64,000 bases of DNA, taken from the NCBI GenBank assembly GCA_046598945.1, contig JBKJHT010000033.1:10008-74007 (forward strand), read 5' to 3'. Below the pieces are notes generated by a model. The model saw only the letters and a program-made list of their open reading frames with translations, ran no database searches and was not told the origin of the DNA. The stretch is from Burkholderiales bacterium (GTDB taxonomy: Bacteria; Pseudomonadota; Gammaproteobacteria; Burkholderiales; JALYOK01). The position numbers and the translations under genes are program-made. Shown here in pieces: positions 59,878 through 64,000 of this stretch. Numbering within the stretch: position 1 is the stretch's first letter; each line of letters begins with the position of its first letter.

Positions 59878-60125
59878 ATGAATTCTATCTCTCTGAATTA
59901 TATGAAAATATCAACTTTGATCCGTTTCTTAACCACCTCGTCGGTCGCGATGTCCGCACCACCACCGAAACCACCGACGCCTTGAGAGCCAGTGTTTATG
60001 CGGCTCTTCAGCCATCGAATGGTTTTTGGCATTGACAATTTACCCTATTTATCACCGCGCGCCAGCGCAAGTCCGGCGCTCGCGCTGTGATACCATGGAT
60101 GCTCGAATTTTTCGGTGAGCATACT

Positions 60126-60242
60126 ATGGTCAATGTCGTAAGGCTAGCGATTCTGCTGTTACTGCTGGCTGGCTGCGGCCTGAAAGGCCCATTGAGTTTA
60201 CCGGAACCCGATCGCACAATACAAAAAGAACAGAAGAAATGA
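60126..60242 (+). CDS. lptM: LptM/YifL(LppL)-family small lipoprotein
   Basis: 38 aa and not in the ORF track. MVNVVRLAILLLLLAGCGLKGPLSLPEPDRTIQKEQKK has lipobox LLAGC followed by GLKGPL. ATGA overlap with lysA. Confidence 0.8.
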   Translation: MVNVVRLAILLLLLAGCGLKGPLSLPEPDRTIQKEQKK

Positions 60243-61495
60243 GCCTCTCATCCCTAGTTCGCGTCGCCCGGGATGAACTCTACGTCGAGGGCGTCGCGCT
60301 TGCGCGTATCGCGGCGGAGTTCGGCACACCGAGTTACGTCTACTCCAAAGCGGGGCTGGTTCAAGCCTATGTTGATTTCACAACGGCCTTCCCGAAGCGC
60401 GACATACTCGTTTGTTACGCGGCAAAAGCCAATTCCAACCTGGCGATTCTCGGCCTGTTCGCCAAGCTGGGCGCCGGTTTTGATATCGTTTCGGAAGGCG
60501 AGTTGCGGCGCGTTCTGGCGGCCGGTGGCGATCCGCGCAAGATCGTATTCTCTGGTGTAGGCAAGCGCGCGGAAGAAATGCGCGCCGCGCTTGAGCACAA
60601 TATTCTTTGCTTCAACGTCGAATCGGAACCCGAGCTATTACGCCTGGCGGCAATCGCAAGCGATATGGGGGTGCGCGCCCCGGTGTCGATCCGCGTCAAT
60701 CCCAATGTCGATCCGAAGACCCATCCTTATATAGCAACGGGATTGAAGGAGAATAAATTCGGCGTGGCATTCGAGGACGCACGGGCGCTTTATAAGACGG
60801 CAAGTGCGCTTTCCTCAATCGAAATTGTCGGGATCGACTGCCATATCGGTTCTCAAATCACGGAGATTTCGCCATTCGCCGATGCCCTCGATAAGGTGTT
60901 ACAACTGGTCGACGAGCTCGCCCGCGACGGTATTTCTTTGCATCACATCGACCTCGGCGGCGGCATCGGTATTCGCTATAAAGACGAGGAACCGATTGCC
61001 GTCAGCGATTATGCGGCGACATTGGGTGCGCGCTTGCAGGGGCATGAATATCAGTTGATCTTCGAGCCGGGCCGCTCGCTTGTTGGCAATGCGGGCCTGC
61101 TGTTGACGCGGGTGGAATATATCAAACAAGGCGGCGAGAAGCGCTTCGCCATCGTCGATGCGGCGATGAACGACTTGATTCGCCCGGCACTGTACGACGC
61201 CTATCACGAAGTGGTCGCGGTTGCGCCACGGCCGGAGCAAGCTGCTCGAATCTACGATATCGTCGGCCCGGTTTGCGAAAGCGGCGACTTCCTTGCCCGC
61301 CAGCGCATGCTCGCCATCGAACCCGGCGACCTCGTCGCCATCCTCTCCGCCGGCGCCTATGGCAGCGTCATGAGTTCAAACTACAATACCCGACCGCGCC
61401 CAGCGGAAGTCATGGTAGATGACAAGATGACGCATCTGATTCGCGCCAGGGAAAGCATACAAGACCTCTATGCGCACGAAAGACTGCTGCCTTAA
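60239..61495 (+). CDS. lysA: diaminopimelate decarboxylase
   Basis: 418 aa. Contains YAAKANSN (PLP Lys), HIDLGGGIGI, EPGRSLVG and CESGD. Confidence 0.97.
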   Translation: MSLSSLVRVARDELYVEGVALARIAAEFGTPSYVYSKAGLVQAYVDFTTAFPKRDILVCYAAKANSNLAILGLFAKLGAGFDIVSEGELRRVLAAGGDPRKIVFSGVGKRAEEMRAALEHNILCFNVESEPELLRLAAIASDMGVRAPVSIRVNPNVDPKTHPYIATGLKENKFGVAFEDARALYKTASALSSIEIVGIDCHIGSQITEISPFADALDKVLQLVDELARDGISLHHIDLGGGIGIRYKDEEPIAVSDYAATLGARLQGHEYQLIFEPGRSLVGNAGLLLTRVEYIKQGGEKRFAIVDAAMNDLIRPALYDAYHEVVAVAPRPEQAARIYDIVGPVCESGDFLARQRMLAIEPGDLVAILSAGAYGSVMSSNYNTRPRPAEVMVDDKMTHLIRARESIQDLYAHERLLP

Positions 61496-61574
61496 CTCAT
61501 CCCTCGGCGGCGCGAATTATGCGCATCGCTCGCCTCCTCGAAAGACCTGTTACAAAAACAGCGCACTTGCATCA

Positions 61575-61597
61575 ATTAGTATCGACTCGATACTAAT
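61575..61597. promoter_or_regulatory. 23-bp perfect palindromic operator-like site 3
   Basis: ATTAGTATCGACTCGATACTAAT is a perfect dyad about C61586. It lies in the AT-rich region 224 nt upstream of the H1-like gene. Confidence 0.6.
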
Positions 61598-61820
61598 CAT
61601 CTAGAAATCATGCAAAAAACATTGTCAAAATCATTGATTTCCTGTGCATTTTTGAAATGCTTGCAATAGAATTCAATCACCAAGATAAATATCAAGTGTA
61701 GTGATCGTGTTTGAGTTGTCTTCGCTAACTTGATTCGCTCACCGATGCGCTTGGTCGTGTATGCAGCATCAACACGAGTCTTAACGGACGATACGGTAAA
61801 ACCTTATAAGGAGTTTATAT

Positions 61821-62243
61821 ATGGCAACAGCAGCAAAGAAACCCGCGGCAAAGAAGCCCGCCGCAAAGAAACCCGCAGCTAAGAAGCCCGTCGCCAAAAA
61901 AGCGGCGGCAAAAAAGCCCGTCGCTAAGAAGCCCGCGGCGAAAAAACCCGCAGCGAAAAAAGCTGCTGTAAAGAAGCCTGCGGCTAAGAAACCCGCGGCA
62001 AAAAAAGCGCCCACCAAAAAAGCGGTAGCCACGAAGAAGCCTGTAGCGAAAAAAGCCGTGGCGAAGAAGCCCGCGGCAAAAAAAGCGGTAGCTAAAAAGC
62101 CTGTGGCAAAAAAAGCCCCGGCCAAGAAAGCACCGGCAAAAAAGGCAGTAGCGAAGAAGCCCGCTGCCAAGAAGCCAGTGGCGAAAAAGCCGATGGCCTC
62201 GCCGATGGCCCCCGCGCCGCTGATCAAGCCTATCTTCTCTTAA
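61821..62243 (+). CDS. histone H1-like / AlgP-like lysine-alanine-proline repeat nucleoid protein
   Basis: 140 aa. [27 protein letters not shown]... is composed almost entirely of AKKPxAKK repeats. A strong AAGGAG SD lies 7 nt upstream. The two antisense ORFs are artefacts. Confidence 0.8.
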   Translation: MATAAKKPAAKKPAAKKPAAKKPVAKKAAAKKPVAKKPAAKKPAAKKAAVKKPAAKKPAAKKAPTKKAVATKKPVAKKAVAKKPAAKKAVAKKPVAKKAPAKKAPAKKAVAKKPAAKKPVAKKPMASPMAPAPLIKPIFS

Positions 62244-62333
62244 GGCTGCCGGGCAAAACGCCGCTGTTCCGCCGCGCAAGCGTATCTGCGCGGGAGAATG
62301 GCGGCGACTCGTTTACGGATTTTCTCCGCTAGA

Positions 62334-63014
62334 CTAAACGCCCTGCCCCGCCACGCTTGTGGTGGCGCGAGAGGCTTTCTGACGTTTTTGTAGTTTCCAA
62401 TAGATTCGCACACCAAGCAGCAGCGCCAGAATTGCAGCGTAAAGCAGCGGTTCGCGAATATCGCGTTTCACCAGCCACCAATAGTGCACCACGCCGAGGA
62501 TGGCAATTGCGTACACCAAACGATGCAACGCCTGCCAGCGTTTGCCGCCGAGTCGCTTAACCATGGCGTTAGTCGAGGTCACGGCAAGCGGGATTAGGCA
62601 TACGAACGCTGCGAAGCCAACGGTGATGAAGGGCCGTTTGATGATGTCCTTGACTATGTCTTGCAAATCGAAGAATTGGTCGAGCCAAATGTAGGTAACA
62701 AAGTGCAGGCTGGCATAAAAAAACGCAAACAGGCCGAGCATACGGCGCAGCTTGACCAGCCATTGCCAGCCAGTGAAGCGACGCAATGGTGTAACGGCCA
62801 AGGTGATCATCAGAAAAATCAGCGTGCAGTCGCCCAGATCGCGCGTGATGAATTCAATCGGGTTGGCGCCGAGATTAAACGGCTGTTGGCGCCAGGAATT
62901 CCATCCGCGTAGCGCCAACAGCAAGAATGGCACGGACGCGGCGACAAAGGCGGCGATCTTCAGCCACCCCACCTGCTTGCTTTCCAGTGCCTTGAATCGA
63001 GCGAGCCAACCCAT
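62334..63014 (-). CDS. msrQ: protein-methionine-sulfoxide reductase heme-binding subunit MsrQ (YedZ)
   Basis: 226 aa with 6 TM segments and conserved His residues (ASLHFVTY, ALHRLVY). It lies directly downstream of msrP. Confidence 0.88.
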   Translation of the reverse strand: MGWLARFKALESKQVGWLKIAAFVAASVPFLLLALRGWNSWRQQPFNLGANPIEFITRDLGDCTLIFLMITLAVTPLRRFTGWQWLVKLRRMLGLFAFFYASLHFVTYIWLDQFFDLQDIVKDIIKRPFITVGFAAFVCLIPLAVTSTNAMVKRLGGKRWQALHRLVYAIAILGVVHYWWLVKRDIREPLLYAAILALLLGVRIYWKLQKRQKASRATTSVAGQGV

Positions 63015-63015
63015 C

Positions 63016-63963
63016 TTAAAACGACTTTTTCAGATCCATTCCCGCGTACAGCTGCGCCACTTGATCGGCATAGCCGTTGAACATCATGGTTTTGCGTTTG
63101 CCCAATTCACCAATGCGGCGCTCCTTGCTTTGGCTCCAGCGTGGGTGATCCACCTCCGGATTGACGTTGGAATAGAAGCCATACTCACTCGCCGCGGCGC
63201 GGTTCCAGGCGGTGAGCGGCTCCTTTTCGACAAAGCGAATTTTGACGATAGACTTAGCGCTCTTAAAGCCATATTTCCACGGCGCCACGATGCGCACCGG
63301 CGCGCCGTTTTGGTTCGGTAACACTTCGCCATACAGCCCAACAGCGAGCAGGGCGAGCGGATGCATCGCCTCGTCCAAACGCAGTCCCTCGAGGTAAGGC
63401 CAATTCAACACTGCTGTTTTCTGCCCAGGCATCTGATCCGGCGCCTGCAATGTCGTGAACTCGACGAATTTTGCCTTGCCTGTTGGTTCGACGCGCTTAA
63501 TCAATTCGCTCAGCGAGTAGCCAATCCACGGAATCACCATCGACCAGCCCTCGACGCAACGCAGGCGATAAATGCGCTCTTCCAGCGGTGCGAGCTTGAG
63601 CAGCTCATCGATGTCATAAACCTTTGGGCGCTTGACTTCGCCCTCGACGGCGACTGTCCATGGGCGTGTTTTCAGTGTCGACGCGTAGGCAGCAGGATCG
63701 GCTTTATCGGTCCCGAACTCATAAAAATTGTTGTAGCTGGTCACATCGCGCAGGGGCGTTAACGGATCCTCCGCTGTCGCCGGCGCTTTCTTGGCCACGT
63801 TTAGTTTGGTCAAAGCGTGCGCCTCGCGCGGGGCCAAAATCCCGCCCGCCAATGTCGCCAAGCCCGTCGCTGCGCTCAACTGCAAAAATTCGCGGCGCTT
63901 CAAATAAAGCGATTTGTCGGTAATTTCCGAGGGAGCGATGTCCGCAGATGGTCTGATAATCAA
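63016..63963 (-). CDS. msrP: protein-methionine-sulfoxide reductase catalytic subunit MsrP (YedY), molybdopterin, Tat-exported
   Basis: 315 aa. Tat signal [19 protein letters not shown]. Contains YNNFYEFG...[14 protein letters not shown]. Confidence 0.93.
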   Translation of the reverse strand: MIIRPSADIAPSEITDKSLYLKRREFLQLSAATGLATLAGGILAPREAHALTKLNVAKKAPATAEDPLTPLRDVTSYNNFYEFGTDKADPAAYASTLKTRPWTVAVEGEVKRPKVYDIDELLKLAPLEERIYRLRCVEGWSMVIPWIGYSLSELIKRVEPTGKAKFVEFTTLQAPDQMPGQKTAVLNWPYLEGLRLDEAMHPLALLAVGLYGEVLPNQNGAPVRIVAPWKYGFKSAKSIVKIRFVEKEPLTAWNRAAASEYGFYSNVNPEVDHPRWSQSKERRIGELGKRKTMMFNGYADQVAQLYAGMDLKKSF

Positions 63964-64000
63964 GTGTTGTCTCCTAGTTTCTCGATGAGGCTTTATACGC

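Noticed and set aside
59986-60125. Possible lysine riboswitch or other leader RNA before lptM-lysA
   Set aside because: The spacer is too short, and I could not find the conserved L-box helices or motifs. It contains only a generic GC hairpin (GCGCCAGCGC...GGCGCTCGCGC).
61781-62279. Two overlapping minus-strand ORFs encoding FFA/GFL-repeat proteins
   Set aside because: They are the reverse complement of the lysine-repeat gene. The plus-strand gene has a strong AAGGAG SD and a biologically known protein type, whereas the antisense products are poly-Phe/Gly/Ala artefacts.
1-64000. Search for tRNA, rRNA, CRISPR arrays, IS elements, integrases other than xerC, and phage genes
   Set aside because: None was recognised by eye. 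No cloverleaf-like sequences, no regularly spaced direct repeats, and no transposase-like ORFs were seen. A tRNAscan, Infernal or ISfinder run would be needed to be certain.

Overview
This is a 64-kb chromosomal segment from a visibly GC-rich proteobacterium. It is mostly core housekeeping genes. The gene order looks betaproteobacterial, which is an inference from synteny and not a search result. The order runs hemC-hemD; dprA-LysM divergent from def-fmt-htpX-rsmB-DUF4390-ntrY-ntrX; murJ; ribF-ileS-lspA-ispH; dapF-DUF484-xerC; two lpxL-type acyltransferases divergent from metK-[SAH riboswitch]-ahcY-metF; glnA-DUF4124-ntrB-ntrC; topA; fimS-algR divergent from argH; lptM-lysA; msrPQ. I call about 60 protein genes. 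I saw no tRNA, rRNA, CRISPR array, transposase or phage genes. Many long ORFs in the track are antisense shadow ORFs of real genes and were discarded. There are three accessory or less ordinary parts. First, a type IVa minor-pilin/PilY1 operon (24.6-31.4 kb) has an exact AlgR-type box in its promoter. Second, an MNT-HepT toxin-antitoxin pair is bracketed by ~110-nt direct repeats (45.3-46.5 kb). Third, a small pocket at 49-54 kb appears to be decaying: it holds a GNAT, a class-3 lipase, YqaA, a lipoprotein gene split by an in-frame TAA, and a truncated PstS-like gene. I did not find a convincing new multi-gene defence-type system. The best candidates for undescribed biology are these: (1) a MarR-family regulator with a C-terminal CX2CX2C...C...C extension, whose 23-bp palindrome occurs twice in its own AT-rich promoter and once upstream of a histone-H1/AlgP-like lysine-repeat gene; (2) a dispersed REP-like intergenic repeat family with at least 10 copies; (3) a 26-bp perfect inverted repeat between ahcY and metF; (4) an Irr-like, Cys-less Fur-family gene that looks leaderless; (5) an NtrX-like regulator with a degenerate AAA+ core. 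All coordinates were hand-derived from the sequence, and start codons are often uncertain by a few codons.
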